DNA of 64,000 nt from assembly GCF_006345805.1 (NCBI RefSeq), contig NC_043011.1, positions 65,670,464-65,734,463 of the forward strand, in the 5' to 3' direction. This document shows, piece after piece, positions 39,127 through 55,066 of this stretch. The translations under genes and the position numbers were made by a program. The notes beneath the pieces were generated by a model, which made no database searches, was not told the DNA's origin, and was given only the letters and a program-made list of their open reading frames with translations. The stretch is from Octopus sinensis (Eukaryota). How positions within the stretch are numbered: the first letter of the stretch is position 1; the number at the start of each line of letters is the position of its first letter.

Positions 39127-42100
39127 AATGCCGTTTCCTGTAAAATGCTTGTTCTTATGGTGTATGGTTCACTTCTTTTTTAGTATCCTCACTTCCCTTC
39201 CTCGTTACTTCATCTTATATTTTGCAATTTAATGTAACAGATGGTTTAGTCAGAGTGTAGTTTCAACATCTTTGTGATTAACGTTCTATATTTGACGCTT
39301 GTATAATATATCTGAGAATTTATTAATTTCAGTATTGATTTGCTTTCTTTGTGGCCGTCATGCTAAGGCTAATTTAATGGAGCTGTGCTAGTATGGAACC
39401 TACATCATATATTCCTCTTAAAATTATAGTGAACATGATATTCCAGTGTTTGAAACTTTCAATCTGCATAAGTCTTTCGTTAATTATATTCAGTGAGAAT
39501 ATTATATATTGAATTAATATTGAGTGCTCAATTGTATCAAAGTATTGATGCTATTAAAGTATTTATATAATTAATACGAGCGAGTATATATACATATATA
39601 TTTGTTAATAATATATTAATATAAGTAGTATTAAGAAATCAATATCAAAACACATCAGAAAGATATACATGTGTGAAAAAAATGATTGTTGTATTAAAGA
39701 TATATTAATAAATGTAAATATGTATACAAATATATGTAAATACGAATAAATAAAATTATATAACGTATATTACAGTGTACAAGTTTTGAATTAATTATTT
39801 AAATCACTTTACGATCGTTTAACATTAGAATTTTCCCTATAATGAACTCCTATAGTGATAAGCATTTATAGACAACGCTTCTGCTCTTCAGAGATATAAA
39901 ATTAGAATTGCGTATAACATATCGAATGATAGATTTTTTTTTTTTTATAATTTGAAGTAAATGTATAAAATATTATTTGTTTGAATGATAAATTAACAAT
40001 TAAAAATTACTGCTTTTGATGAGATTCTTTAAATCCATATATACTTCCTTGGTTATTCTTCTGCAATAATCCATAATATTCATATTTAAAATACGTCATA
40101 TAAAATCCTTTGACAAAGAGAGACAACTTCTTAGCCGAAACAAAAATCCAGAGGAACACCCAAACTTTCAGACTGGGACCGTCGGACACATGAGAAAGGA
40201 TCACAAATTCACAACAACCAAAAATATTGTAGATCTTAATGAACGACCCCAGAACCGAGTTTTTACAAAATCTCTTCACCAGGAGCTGCATAAAATCAGA
40301 TTTCATGGGAGGGCTGCAATCTAAAAACCACTACTTTCATAAAAAAACGTTGCAAAGCGTTTTTTAATGGTGTGAAATCCTACAGAATTGGTCCCTAGAG
40401 AAGAGAAACAATGTTTTTTTCCGGACGAGGCATCATTTAATATACTTCCAAAGACCGGCAAATTATACGACTGAAAGGAGCCAGAAGAAGCTTTTGACGC
40501 AGACTGCCTCCTTTCAACTGTTATAAATGGAGGAGGAAACATGATGATATTGTTGGGTGGGCGCTATATATTGCAAATTCGCCGGCTCAGTGGTTTCACG
40601 TCATGGCAGAATTAATAATTACGACTATTTAAGCATTTTATCTTATTAATATCAACCAATGTTTGCGAAAATGTTCCTGGAGAGAAACGAAATAATTCAG
40701 GGTGATAATGCACCATTTCACACAGTTAAAGTTGTTACTGAATGGCACGAGGGACATTCTAGTGAAGGTAAACAACTTATTCGGTGTCTTCAGGTTTTAG
40801 ACCTCAATAATATTGAACATTTAGGGTGCATTTTAGATAAACAATTAATGGGTCGATGTCATCCACCGTTATCAATAGAAGATTTGAAGAATATTTTAGT
40901 TGAAGAATACATAATAATTCCTTAGTAAACACTTAAAACTCCGTACGAGTCCACACAATTTAAGGTGTAATTACTGCCAAAGTTGGCACTACCTCATCTT
41001 CAAATAACTGTGTTTGAAATTATGAGGTGTTTCCATTATTTTTGTCAAAGCCTGTATATATATATATGCATATATGTGTGTGCGAATATATATATATATA
41101 CATTTGTGAGTGTGGATGAGTATATATATACATAAATAAATATCTGTGTATGTATATGCATATATATATTCATCTATCTATCACTCTTTATATGTATATA
41201 TATGTCTGTGTGTGTATGTGTGTGATAGAGACAGACAGAGAGAGTGCATATACAACCATACATACATACACTCATGTGTATATAGGTAGTTAGGTATGTA
41301 TGTTCCTGTGTGTGTACGTACATTTTTATATGAAACAGGAAAATATTTCTTTAAATATATGAGTCTATATAAGAAAAATCATTTTGTTGCAAACTATTTT
41401 GCAGGCTAAATTATTGAGATTGAATAGAGAACGACTTAATAACGTACAAACACATATGTTACGCTGTATTTGCTTATTTAAGATAGAACAATATTCCAAG
41501 AGCATTTAAATTTGTCTCCATCGAATTTATTGCCCAGCACTCCGATGGAGTTCTCACAATTTATTTTCCTAGTCACTTTAGATAAAGATTTAATCATATT
41601 CTTTTAATTTTCATTGTTCATTATTTTCTGTTTCGACATAATTTAGTAAATCAAAGTATCATCCATAACTTTATATTTCTATGACATTTAGCTATGTATG
41701 TACCTATGCGTCTATATATATAGGTCGTCTGCTGCTGGAGAGGACCGACCAGGTAAAGGACCTGGGTATCTTGGTGGATTCTTACTTTTCGCCTTCGGCC
41801 CAATGCGTCCGAACTGCCAAGAAATTACGCGATCTGTTCTTGATTCAACGGCCATTCGGAATGCTCACAGCAGCCTATTCCTACCGCTCTGTGTCATCTG
41901 GTGTGGCCCATATTGGAGGGCGGGATTCAAGCCTCTTCTCCTTATCTCCTCAAAGACATACAACATCTTGAAAAGCCCAGAAGCTGGCTACCCGCATGGT
42001 TATTGGTCTCAAGTATTTGTCTTATGAAGAAAGACTGAAGACGCTCGACCTTCATTCTCTAGAAAAACGACGACGCCGTGGTGATCTCATTCTTGCTCAT

Positions 42101-44256
42101 AACATCATAAGCCTAAAGTGTAACCTCTCGAAAGAGCTGTTCTTCACTCCTGCTCTAGATCGTCGCCTGCGGGGTCACTCCGTAAAGCTCTATCTGCGAC
42201 GATTTCATCTCAATCGAAGGAGAGGGTCCTTCTCCGTCCGGGTTGCGGATCCGTGGAATAGGCTGCTGGACGAGATATTGAAGATGCCGACGATCGCTCG
42301 GTTCAAAGTTTCCCTTGACCACAAGTGGCCTGAACTCTTTACATGAACACCACACTGTACATGACTCGATGTCCCCCTACATGGCCTTGCATTTTGCTTT
42401 TTGAGCCAATTAATTAACTAACTAACTAACTAGCATATACGTATATAGATATATACGAATAGTAGAGAAAAATCCCTACTTTTAGTAAATCATCAAAGCG
42501 ATCGCTAGATGTTCAACGTTCCGAGTTCCTTCACAATGCTTAAAGCATACAAAGGACAGATGCAATACGTGTATTATCTTACAAAGTTGATATCCTATGA
42601 AAACAAAATAATTAACTGATATTCATACTACTTAATTTCACACAAAGCCTAGAGAATTTTACACACCGACTCTCGTATCAATAAATTGTTTCCACACTTG
42701 AAATTCTTTTACTTAGCATTTGAATTGAACGTAATTATACGAAGGGCATGCATAGCTTCATAGCACAGTTTACTCAGACCTAACCTTCTTGGAACTATAA
42801 ATTTCCAAATTATCCGTTTGATTTCATAGATACATTGAACTCCCAGCGTACTTTAGTGACTGCAAAACACCAACGCGATTTAGTAAAATATATTTTTGGT
42901 AGTTGAGTGTTATGCGGTCTCCTAAATTCCCCATTGGCTTTGCACTTATAAAGACCTTAGTATAACCATTTCAATCTGATGTGTCACCTTACAAAGCGAA
43001 GAGATTTATAGGTGTCCGTCCAATGGAAAAATGTATGTCCCCAAAGCAAAGACGTAATATGTCAAGAAAGGAGTATAAATCAAGGAGAATTGTAGAAAAC
43101 CGAGGGCGAGAGTCTCAAAAGAGAAAGGTGGTGAGACTTACTAAAGATCACCAAGCTCATACTGCAGCACGTGAAATAGAGTCCGAAGATGGCGGTGAGA
43201 TGATGTTTTCCGAAGATCAGAAAAGGCATCCAGCACCACATCAAATGGGATCTCAAGACAGATGAGAGATGAGAGTTGCTCAAGATCAGCTGGACATGCT
43301 ACAGCACGTCAGATGGAGGACCATTAGTGAAGGGAGAGGGAGATGAGACTTTACCAAGGTTAGCAAATGCATTGGTCAGCACATAAGATGGTCTCAAGAG
43401 AGATGCAAGGTGACATTTTCAGAAGGTCACCAAAAGAAATGAGACTTCTCCAAGTTCATCAAAAGAAATGAGACTTTCCCAAGATCAGCAAAGGGGAAGT
43501 GGCTTCCCAATGATCAGCAAACGCATGCTGCAGCACTTCACGCTGAATTATTGAACAATATGTTTTTTTTTTCTGATTGGTCAGTGGTCCATTAGGATAC
43601 ATTACATAAAGTGACCACGTACAAATTCGTTCTTCACAACTCCTACAGCTGCTTTCATATGTGATCCAACCATTCCTGTGAAAAGATACTTTTGTCGATA
43701 GTCGCGTGCTAATTTGAAATTAACATCTCAGCTTAGCTTATAAACTTTCAAATTAAATTAATGGCACGCGCTACTCAAACGGTAATGTAACATTAGCACT
43801 ACAAGCAAGACCTTCTGAAACTCTTATAGATTCTCTGGAAGGCCTGTCCATTCAATCAAAGGATTTTCTAAACAGTATCACAGAAGTCAACGCCACATTT
43901 CAGATGTCATCGCTTGGTGCATCTAAAGATATATTGGAACATGGATTAACATACTCGTTGAAAGATAAATGGCAGCTCTATGAATACGTTGCAAGCACAG
44001 CTACTTCAAATTTACTTTCTGAGTGATGGAGGACAACGAAGGTGAAGGAGATGTCAAAACATCAGACGTTGTGCATACATATTGATAAAAACGTTAAGAT
44101 AACAAGAGAAACAATGAGACCTCGATTTTATGTAAATAGAGGATTTTATGTGTAAAAGTAATATGTGTAAAAGTAAAATTATTCGGTTGCTATGATAGAA
44201 CTCTGAGTTTCGGATGCCGAGGTGGAAATCGAAGAATTGTCATATATTACTTATAC

Positions 44257-44325
<69 letters not shown>

Positions 44326-45668
44326 TATATGTGTGTGTGTGTGTAGATGCCACACGAATATCATATATATATATGTGTGTGACGATGCCACACGAATATC
44401 AAATACAGAAAACAATAATAGTAAAAAGAGGACAAAAACAGCGGGTGTCTTTCGACTAATAGAAGGTACAACTTAGTTTAGCTGGCGCATTTGAAAAAAA
44501 ATGCCTTTTTCGGCAGACGCTGGTTAGATTCATGGCGCTGGTTAGATTCCGAAAGTCTGGTTGACCAGCTGTCACGTGAGAGGAGAAGAGAGAGAAAAAA
44601 GGGGGCAAAGGAATCAAAGAGATAGAGAAAAAGAGGGACGGAGGCAACAAAGGGGGGAGAAGAGAGAGAAAGAAGGAATTGAAGAGGGGAGAAGAAAGAG
44701 AGCGTGCCAAGGATTGGTTTGGTGAAAGAATCAGCGAGTGCAAAGTGAGAAAGACAGAGAAAAGAGAGAGTGTGGGGAAGAGTAGACCAAAGAATCAGAG
44801 GCCAGAAAAGAGAAAAGGAGAAGGAGAAGTAGGGAGAGAGTGTGAGAGAGAGAAAGAGACTGATCAAATAGAGTGCAAAGTGTGAAAGCCAGAGAAATGT
44901 AGGAGAGAGAGACAGTCTTATAGAGTCATATCAAATTTAAAGGAATATGAACTTACATAAGGCCAAACACGAGGTGTGAACGCAAAGTCTTGAGCCTCAA
45001 AAAAGGAAAAGATGTTAGGAAACTGCTGATGACAAATTTCTCAAAATACTCCCTCCCACCCCACGCGATGGCTGAACAGTTTCTCCAGCGATGATGAATC
45101 GCCATTATACCGGCGTAGAAGATATCTTTTGTTGGAGATGCCAGAAAATTTCTATAACGCCATTTTCACTGGCAAAATGTCGACCAGCCAGAGCTTTTTA
45201 CATTGTTGGGGAGAACTGATGAAAATCAGAGGGGACGAAGTCTTGCGAATAAGACGGATGGGGAACAAGTTCGTATTCACAATCACGAATTGTTGCCATG
45301 ACTACCATGTTTCTTTGATTGCTTCTAGAAGGCGTTTCCCAAGCAGAGAATAACGCAGCCATTTTATTTTGACAATGTTCAAAATAATCGAGAATCCCCC
45401 ACCGAAAAAACAACACGGTAATTTATGACAGCACGATTCTCAATTTTCTCGTATTCCTTTTAAACTCGAGCGTTGTATATTCAAAAATTTGAAACAAAAA
45501 ATTAAAACCTCAGAATCATGAAAATGAGTAAAAAATATTCCGCCAAGCCAGTTGTTACGAGAAAAATTGCTTCCGCTACCTACCAGCAGCGTTTCAATGT
45601 TACGCTGAAAACTTTTCTTACGACCTTTCTATACATACATACACAGACACAGACAGACAGACACACAC

Positions 45669-45718
<50 letters not shown>

Positions 45719-47141
45719 TACACACACACACAAACACACTCACACACACACACATATATACAGACAGGTTTTCGAAACATGCCTTTTTACACATTTATAT
45801 ACTCCTCCCATTACTGAAAGCTGAAGAGTTATCTCCCGTACTCACAAAAAGCAATAATTATGATAGCATGTTACCTCCCTTTATTTATCTACTTGTGAAG
45901 TCAATCAATCGTGAATTTCATCCCACACAACACCTAATAAGGGGTTATTTTGAATTCCCCTTATATGACGTATCACTTCAGAATTAGTGTTACTCATTTT
46001 ACCTCTACATAAAAGAAAATTTGAAGCGATACCTGGATGACTGCTTTATCATTTGTAAGGAGAACATCGACTAACTTTTTGGATTTCTAAACAACACTAA
46101 ATGCCATAAATAGTAACATTCAATTCACAATGGAATATAACAAAGAACAACTTCCATTTTTAGACATCATGATAAACAATGTTAACAATGAAATCATAAC
46201 TGACATATATTATAAACCAACTGATTCAACACAATATCTTATTTTTAACTCATGCCACCCGAAACACATAAAATAAACATACCTTTCAACTTAGCAAAAA
46301 GGATCTGCACAATAGTGTCTGATAGAAAAACTTGGTACCTCCGTCTTCAAGTCCTCAAAACAACACTTATTGAAAGACAATATCCACCCTCTCTTATCGA
46401 CGAGGGAATTAAGAGTGCCAAACAACTAGACACAAAAACACTAAGTACAAAAGAACATAGCACCTCACCTCAAACATAAACAATACTATTTATATCAACA
46501 CGCAACCCCAGAAGCAGTGAGGCATTCAACACTATTGTGCAGACACTTCTTTTACTAACTAGAGATCCAAAAATGAATAACATCCTGAAAACCCACAAAC
46601 TCATCAAATGCAAAAAATAAAACAAATCGATAAGGAGAATACTGAAAAATGCGAAGTTTTACAAAACAACCACGAAACCAATGGTTGCAAAACTTGTACG
46701 CCCAAAATGTGGACATATCACAACCTGCTTGAAGACATGGATTTCATTTTTAAACAAGGACAGAGGTTCACAATTAAAACTAGTTTCAACTGTGCCTCTG
46801 AGATTATGTAATAATCTGCTTGGATTGCGGACACCACTATATTGGACAAACGAATATGACATTGAGAAAGAGAACCAACCTACATAAGAAGCAAATCCGT
46901 TTCCCGCAACACAGAAGAATTTCTCTCAGTGAACATATAGAAAAATATGCAGGTAACATCAAACCAAATTTCACAGTCATCCCTTTCTATCAGTACAAAG
47001 ACACAATCTCTCAACTAGAACGTTTAAATAAAGAATATTTTCTATTGAAAAATACATGAATAGCGATAGTGGAACCGGTCGATATATTAAAAATTATATT
47101 AAAACTATGTAAGTGTGCGTATTTTCCTTTTTAATTACTTA

Positions 47142-47197
<56 letters not shown>

Positions 47198-47217
47198 TAT
47201 ATATATACATATATGTG

Positions 47218-47276
<59 letters not shown>

Positions 47277-47469
47277 GGAGCGAGAGGGAGAGAGTGAGAG
47301 ATAGAAGTAGATAGATAAATACATACATAGATACATTTATAGGGAGCGTGGGAGATCCATATGTAGATTGACAGAGATTTGGATAGATAAATTGGTTCAA
47401 ATATTTATCATTATCTGTATGTTTTGTAATAATTGTGTGCATGTATCTTAGAAGTAATATATTTCATAC

Positions 47470-47572
47470 ACGCAATTTTTTCTGCTGGATATGTACTAAC
47501 GATATTGAGTATTACATCTTTGTTTACCTATACCTTGGCACTCTATCAAAGTGAGCGATGAGGTTGCAGCAT
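47470..47572 (-). pseudogene. G4 exon 3, with the same TAG (47498-47496) as G2
   Basis: Near-identical to 24794-24896. Confidence 0.8.
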
Positions 47573-48857
47573 CTAGAAAGTGTAAAACTATAATTCTTTT
47601 TATAGCGTATAGGCCAACATCAAAACATTTTAGAAACATATTAACTCATATTTTTTTTCAATATGTCATTACTAGTGAATGTTACTATTTCTAAATCTGA
47701 CACCGAGAGATATTCAGCAAGAGCACTTTGGAGTAAAGATCATTTGCCGTTATAACATGGAAGTCCTGGTTTAGCACGAATGTTGCTGAAATTTACTCCA
47801 GGAGACATCGTCTCCAGCTGGCTACACCTCACGTTCTATGTCCTTATATTCTCGAACATTGGAATCTAGTATCCCCACTCAGTTGAAAATGATATCTGTG
47901 CACCTCCATTCTTGGGTTATTTCCATTCATCAGCACAGAACCCTAACGTTAACCCCGGTGAATTTTGTTTTGAGCTGAGTGGGTGTGTTCGAAAATATAA
48001 TGACAAGGAACGAGTTTTATAGAAAGCTGGAGAAGGAGTATCCTTGGGCTAAATTATATCGACATTCTTACTAACCTAGGACTGCCGTGTTATGTTGGAA
48101 ATGATCTTTACTTCCTGTCGTTACTAAAGGAAAAGGAAGACATAAGATTTTGAATAGTGTTATAAATTCTCATAACTGACTGATAACACACTTTCAAGCC
48201 CGTTCACATCTACGTTTAATTCTAGATATAATTAATAAAGACACTCTAATTATTATATATGTTAATTAATGTTCATAGAAATAACGTTAATTATAACGTA
48301 TTATAAAAGCATTAGTTAGATACCACGATGAAAATATTATAGACGATAAAAGCAAATTATACTTACATATTACGTTATATAAATTGTTCACTATACAAAA
48401 TAACAAACGCCTGTTTCTCACTTTAATAGTACTGATAAAGGGTAATTGAACAAATATAATCAGTCGCAAGAATAAATATATTAAGAAATGCTAGGATATC
48501 TAACGATAATTCCAGAGTTTCTTTTAAATGAATACGGACAATATCGTGCGGCGATTAAACATACCGATCGCGCACTTACTAAATGGCTCCCAATAATCTT
48601 CTGTTGTATATTATTTATTTAATAATCTATTGTACCTGTATAATTATAATTCGCTTGCAATTTAACTCATAACATTTTGTTGCAAAATGACAGCAAATTT
48701 GGGTATTTTGTTCATATTCATAGACGAAATGTGACGTCCATTATTGCATGTTTGAGGGATGGACGATTTTATACTTGTAAATGGAAAGACAACATTATTT
48801 AACCAGCATATGATTGGTGAATCTAATACAATAATGAACACGAGTTCTCTCTCACAT

Positions 48858-48908
<51 letters not shown>

Positions 48909-49917
48909 CATATATGTATATATGTATATGTACATATCATTAACCAAGGCCGTGGTTGAATATATTCTTAAGTCAACAATTTCGTCAATTGCAGCTGGTT
49001 CCAAGCTTCACCACTTATTCATTTCTCAGCAAAAGTGTGAAAATATTTAGAGAGGACACCTCCTTAGCTACGTTAGAATTTGGCATATATAGTTTGAGAT
49101 TTGGTTCCGTACAAAGGCTACATGAAAATATGTGAGACTTCAAGGTGGGCAGTAAGTTAGGTTTTCATTTTCATTTAACATAAATTTTTCAAATCTAAAT
49201 AAATGTCTAATTTCCATAGGCTAAAATTATTGAAAAATACAGGAGGAATTGAGAGTCGCTCGACACTTTTACCAAAACTTAGTAGAGATAATGTTATGAG
49301 GTAAAATGTTATGAAATGTAAAATATGTACGTGATGAAGTCAGGAAAGAGTAACGCTTAACGCAATAATTCTATATTATAAAAACGAATGTCTTTTATGT
49401 AGAATGGAAGAAATGCTGGCAGAAATGTTACGGCACCGGGCGAAATTCTTTACGGATTTGTACCTGTCTTTACGTTCTGAGTTCAATTTCCGCGAAGGTC
49501 GTCTTTATATTTTGTATATTTTGTTGTTTAATTGAAATATTTGATGTAATTATTTTCAAAATTCTGTTGAAATAGGGTAAATTTAACTTTTATTATAAAT
49601 TATGTTACACCTTTAATTAACTTGATTTCGGCTTTTTCTTCTTTTTCCTTTTGAATTTACTTTTGTTGTTGTTAATTATTTATCAGGCTTATTCATAAAT
49701 ACTGGAGCAATATGTATCTAAATGAATTGAGGTAGGAATACAATCACTTTTCGCTGTGTCTTTATGGGCCTATCTGAAAGCATGTAGTAAGGCTCTCCAC
49801 AAGGATATTCTTGTTTTCCCCAAAATATATATATTTATACATATATATGTATATATATTCTTGAATCTATTGCACTTTAGATCTTACGCCTCCTGATAAT
49901 GAAATAATATTACTTAC

Positions 49918-49956
49918 AGATATGAGAAGAGCAATAAAGATAGATATACTTAGCAT
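49918..49956 (-). pseudogene. G4 exon 2: MLSISIFIALLIS
   Basis: Identical to G2 exon 2. Confidence 0.75.
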
Positions 49957-50479
49957 GGCTTTTCCTGTAAAATACTAATTCCGACTATGTATGTTTCACT
50001 TCCTCGTTTGTTTGTCTCTCCTCAATTCACTTCCTCCTTTTCTTAAATGATGGAATATAATGTTACAGGTGTTTTATTCAGAGTGCACAGTCTTTCTAAC
50101 CGTTTTGTATTTTTATATATATTGCACAATATTTGACGATTGTACGGTTTATGTGAGATTGTACCAGATTCAGTATTGATTTGCTTTCGATGTATGGCCA
50201 TGCTAAATCTAAATGTAATAGGGCTGAGCTAGTATGAATGCTATTTCATAGGTACTTCGTAAATTCATACTGAACAGAATATTCCATAGCTTCGCTTTTC
50301 GCATTCGGAATATTAAAACACATTAGTCAAAAATTAATCGAGAGAATAATTGTTAGAAATGAACGCGAAATTTTTATAAAATATTAATTGTTATAATCAT
50401 GATAATGATGATGATGTTAATAATAATAATAATAATATTAACAATAATATTGATAATAATAATAATAATAATAATAATG

Positions 50480-50527
<48 letters not shown>

Positions 50528-50606
50528 GTAATAATTATAATAATAATAATAATAGTAATAATTATAATAATGATAATAACAATAATAATAATAATAATAA
50601 TAATAA

Positions 50607-50637
<31 letters not shown>

Positions 50638-52360
50638 AAGAAGAAGAAGCAGACGAAGAAGAAGAAGATGAAGAAGAAGAAGAAGATGAAGAAGAAGAAA
50701 AACAACAACAACAATAACAATAATAACATCGAAAATACATTAGGAATGTAAACCCACGTTCAAATTTTCACCGCCACTCCTTATGACGGCTGGAGGTTAT
50801 ATAACAAGATTAAGACAAATATCTGTGAAATGTAAATAATGTATATGAGATCTGGCTGGAAAACAAAATTGGGTAGTAGGAGTAAATACAAGCCCTCTTT
50901 CACTTGTGTAGAGATATTATTATGGCGATTGTCGTTCCTTAATACTTTCAGTTCGTTTGTTTCGAATCTTTCACCTTTGAGTTAATTTAAATATATTCGC
51001 TTTGATGGTGTTACTAGCTTTAAAGTGCAGGTGTAGGCGAAATTGAAGATTATACTTAGGTTTCGCTCATGCCGATTACTATTCATCCTGCTTGAGCATT
51101 TTAAACAAGGCTGATCACGAGCCGAAACCAATGTGATATCCGTTTAGCAGTTGATGATGGGGATACATATACGTTATGCATGTTTTCTCGATCCTATATC
51201 TTCTCCACCATTACTCCTCTATATCACACCATGATGAAACACTCACTAACCGCATGGGTGAAAGGGGTTGTGAGAACCTGTCTGCACTGAAGAAACCATG
51301 ATGAAAGGCGTAATATGCGCTTGATCCACATCTGAGTCTCGCTGAAAGGGACGTATTTTGGTCTGGCATGAAGTGAAGTAGGGAACGACAGACAGGTGGG
51401 AGTAGTCGACGGTTGTGATACAGACATTCACCGATCATCTATTCAGGAATAGGATTTCAGATTAATCATGTCTGTGTAACACTCTGATGGTCATCCCTTT
51501 TCTGTTGTTCCTCGCTTGAATATCTCGACCAAACTAAATCATGAGTAATATAAATGGTTAGTCTATCCAAGGCCTAGCATCGCTCCTGTCATTGCTTCGT
51601 TTTCTATCATTCGTCTCGATCACCATGGACTGTATGGCACCTAGCGTTATTATTATGATGCTTACGGCATACGAAAACACAGACCTCTCATCGTTCTTCT
51701 CTTGGAATGCTTGTCGATATCTCTGGCTGCTGCAGTGGTAGCTCTTCATTCATTACCAACCAAACAGATGTTAGCATTCATATTTAGTAGAGAGACCGCA
51801 TGATACTGAGAGTTTCGGTCAGGTGGCCATTAAATCTGACCAATTAGCGAATACGACGGCACAATCAACCAGTTAAACCGAGGTTTTTAGAATTCTGAAT
51901 CAACTCTACTACCACAATTGATTCATTAGTTTACAGAATCTCTCTGGATATTCACATTACTCTTTGCCCATAGTTATAGTGGCGCATTTGGGAAATCATG
52001 TCGGTACATGACAGCTACTTGGTAAACATATGAGTGATTTTTCAAGGGAATTTATAACCTCTTGAAGCTGGTTTAAAATGATGGAGAAGTTAAGCCAGTA
52101 AGCAGTAAGGTTTCCTAATCGACTGGTAAAAATAAAGTAGCGCGAGATACTCAGGAAGGATACCAATCACCTGGGGAATTCCAGCTGTCTCACCTCAGGT
52201 GGACTTACATGGTATGTAAACTTTAGGCATCGACATTCACTCGTATTGACATTTAGTTTCATTAAATTTAATTCCACCTCGAGAAAGACCATCGGTGTCC
52301 CATGAGAGTCCGAAACGACATCTCACTTCGAACGTGATTATGCATCCATATATATATATA

Positions 52361-52577
52361 TTTTTTTTTTTTTTCAGTCATTTGACTGCGGCCATGCTGG
52401 AGCACAACCTTTTAGAGTGGTGAAAGAGTACAGCAGGGATCACCAACTCCTGCCGGAGCCTCGTGGAGCTTTTAGGTGTTTTCGCTCAATAAACACACAC
52501 AACGCCCGGTCTGGGAATCGAAACCGCAATCCTCCGACCGCAAGTCCGCTGCCCTAACCACTAGGCCATTGCGCCTC
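52361..52577 (-). mobile_element. Young tRNA-derived SINE with poly(A), unit C only
   Basis: Minus strand: A box TGGCCTAGTGG, B box GGTTTCGATTCCC, 3' end shared with the 12857-13240 SINE. Empty sites at ~4255 and ~28770. Confidence 0.9.
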
Positions 52578-55035
52578 TATGTATATAGAGACTTTAAAAT
52601 AAACACATATATGTGTCCGTGTGTGTGTGTATGCGTGTATGAATAAGTGTTTGTGTGTGTTTGTGCCTGTGTGTGTCTGAAATCCTAGTGTCTCTGTTAG
52701 CAATCAGTTCCAAATGTAGCGACCAGAAGCCACTGAGCAACCCTCATTGGATTCAATCTCGCACAAGGCCATTATTTGATAAATGCATTATAGTTGCTGA
52801 AAGATAAAGAGGAGAAAAGTAAACCAGATGCCAAAACGGAGTGTGGGAGAGAGTTTCATTCGGCATCCATTGAATTACGGTACACATTGAGGACAGCATT
52901 TAGGAGCTTACAGTTTATGCTCAGACCACTTACACAATTGGATGTACGGTATTCCAGTCTCATTTATTTGAAAACTTCAAAACCTAGAAAGGGCTGACCT
53001 CAAGAAACCTTCCAATAAATTTGACCCCCCTTTTTCCTCTAAGGATATCAGAATATATTTTTGTCCCCTTTAACAGCAAGCAATTTCGTGATAGTGTGTT
53101 TTTATTTATTGAAGCTATTTTATTTTGATAGTAGTCTGCTGTGTTTGTTTTCTTTTGGCTGAGGTTAGTGTAGTCGGAAGTGGAGGAGTTGCGAATTTTC
53201 CTGTTTTTCATATTGTACGGTGTGCTGTAGTTGAGGCTCACATAATTTTGTTGCTCCAAAAAACTGTTAAAAGTTTTGCCCTGTTATTTTTGTTTTGTTT
53301 TGACAAGTGTGTGTGTCGTGCATGCTGCTGCTGTTTGCTCGGTAGTTGGGGTTGGAATTGGCCTTTGCCTTGCTGCTCTTTTCTCAGCTTCCTCTACTTG
53401 CTACTTTCCATTTCTACTTTGCATCACTTTCTGTTGAGATCTTTTCGGGATACGGCCTATTTCCTCCACCAATTTGATGAGAATACAAACTGTTCCAAGT
53501 TTACTAAAATATACGTTCCTACACTCATTTATATTATTTACATTCGACGGATATTTGTCCTCATCTTGTTTGTTGTTATCACAACGTTTCGGCTGATGTA
53601 CCCTCCAGCCTGTTGTAAACCGTAGCTATTTGAGTAATTGAGAAAATCTCCACGTTCTGGTGACATGTCTTACATCTACCCCTATGTCTTCTAGAGCAAG
53701 ATCCAGCTAGGCCTCAGTTGCTGCTAGGGGTGCGGTTTTTACCGACATGCCCAAAGATGGCCATCGCCTTCCTAGTTATAACAAAAATCTAGGATTGCGT
53801 GGCAACTTGCACTGTCCTCACCGTTGCATAAATAAATTTCTCCTACCACTAATATTGCCGTTATTTAAACCTTTGTGGCAACTGTAGTTTTCCCTGATGA
53901 CAATGTTTGTGTATGTGCCCGTTTATGTGTGTCCTTGTACGTAGGTGTGTGTGTGTATGATACTGTGTATATATGTATGTGTAGATGCGTGAGTTTGTGT
54001 GTACAACAGAATTATTTGATTACATCATCTTAAAATTGTCCTACATTATTAAGTTGAAGTATTCAGTTTGCAGGTGGTGGAATTATAAACCTATTCCTGT
54101 ATGATCCGTTGTGTTAAAAAACCTAACAGCGAATATTTGAGTTCTTTAACAAAAGTCATGAAAATGATACTCAGATATTAATGTGTATTATACTTCCGGT
54201 ATAATTGACAAATACTTATGAAACATATTTCGTGAGATTCCGATATCACAACAGAAAATGTGTGACGAAGTTTTACACATTAAATATAAAAAATAATTCA
54301 GCTTAGATTTTCAAACTTATCTTTACCTAAACTCATTTGGATACCTTTATTTCAATATGTATAAAGTGTTGTTTCAGCAACTAGTAAATGCTATGGCAAA
54401 GAATAATTAATACATTCTGTCTTTGAAATGAAACTCAAACGTTAATATGTTTTTATCCGTACATTTTGCTAAATATTCAGATATCAAACAATTTTAATGC
54501 AAATATGAAAGTATAATTTATTGAAGACATATTTCAGATATTTAGAATATCAAAAGAAATACAACACTAAAACAGGGAATCTTCATTACGGTATTTATTT
54601 TATTTAGTAGTTCTTAAGTAAAATCACCAGAAGTGCAGTACGGATTTTCGATATCGGGGATACCATCTGTAAAATGAATAGGGAAAAGGTTATGTAGGAA
54701 TGGGGGAAAGTATTGTGGTAAGAGTTATGCAAATATTTCCTTAAAATATATTTACATTTATCAAATGCTTCGGAGCTTGCCTAACAAAACTATGCATTAT
54801 TTGCCGAAGAAACAAGTGGTTAAATGAGAGAAAGATGTAGCATCTGGCCAGTTAAAAGAGTTTTAGCTTGATAGAAGGCAGAGAATGCCGTACCGTAAAT
54901 CAGTGCGAATTGGGTCCAATCTGTACATCCCTGATGATACCTACGTGTTATATATTGAAACACATCTACCGCTGGGCTACCCACTGTAAGATTTTAATCA
55001 TTGTTATAAATATTGAATCACATGAAATTACGTAC

Positions 55036-55066
55036 CTTAGCGTGGTTTCTGGAATTATACTTCGTC
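55036..55066 (-). CDS. G5 last coding exon: DEV-stop (CDS 55066-55055)
   Basis: Same splice sites as G1; 7 of 31 nt differ. Confidence 0.6.
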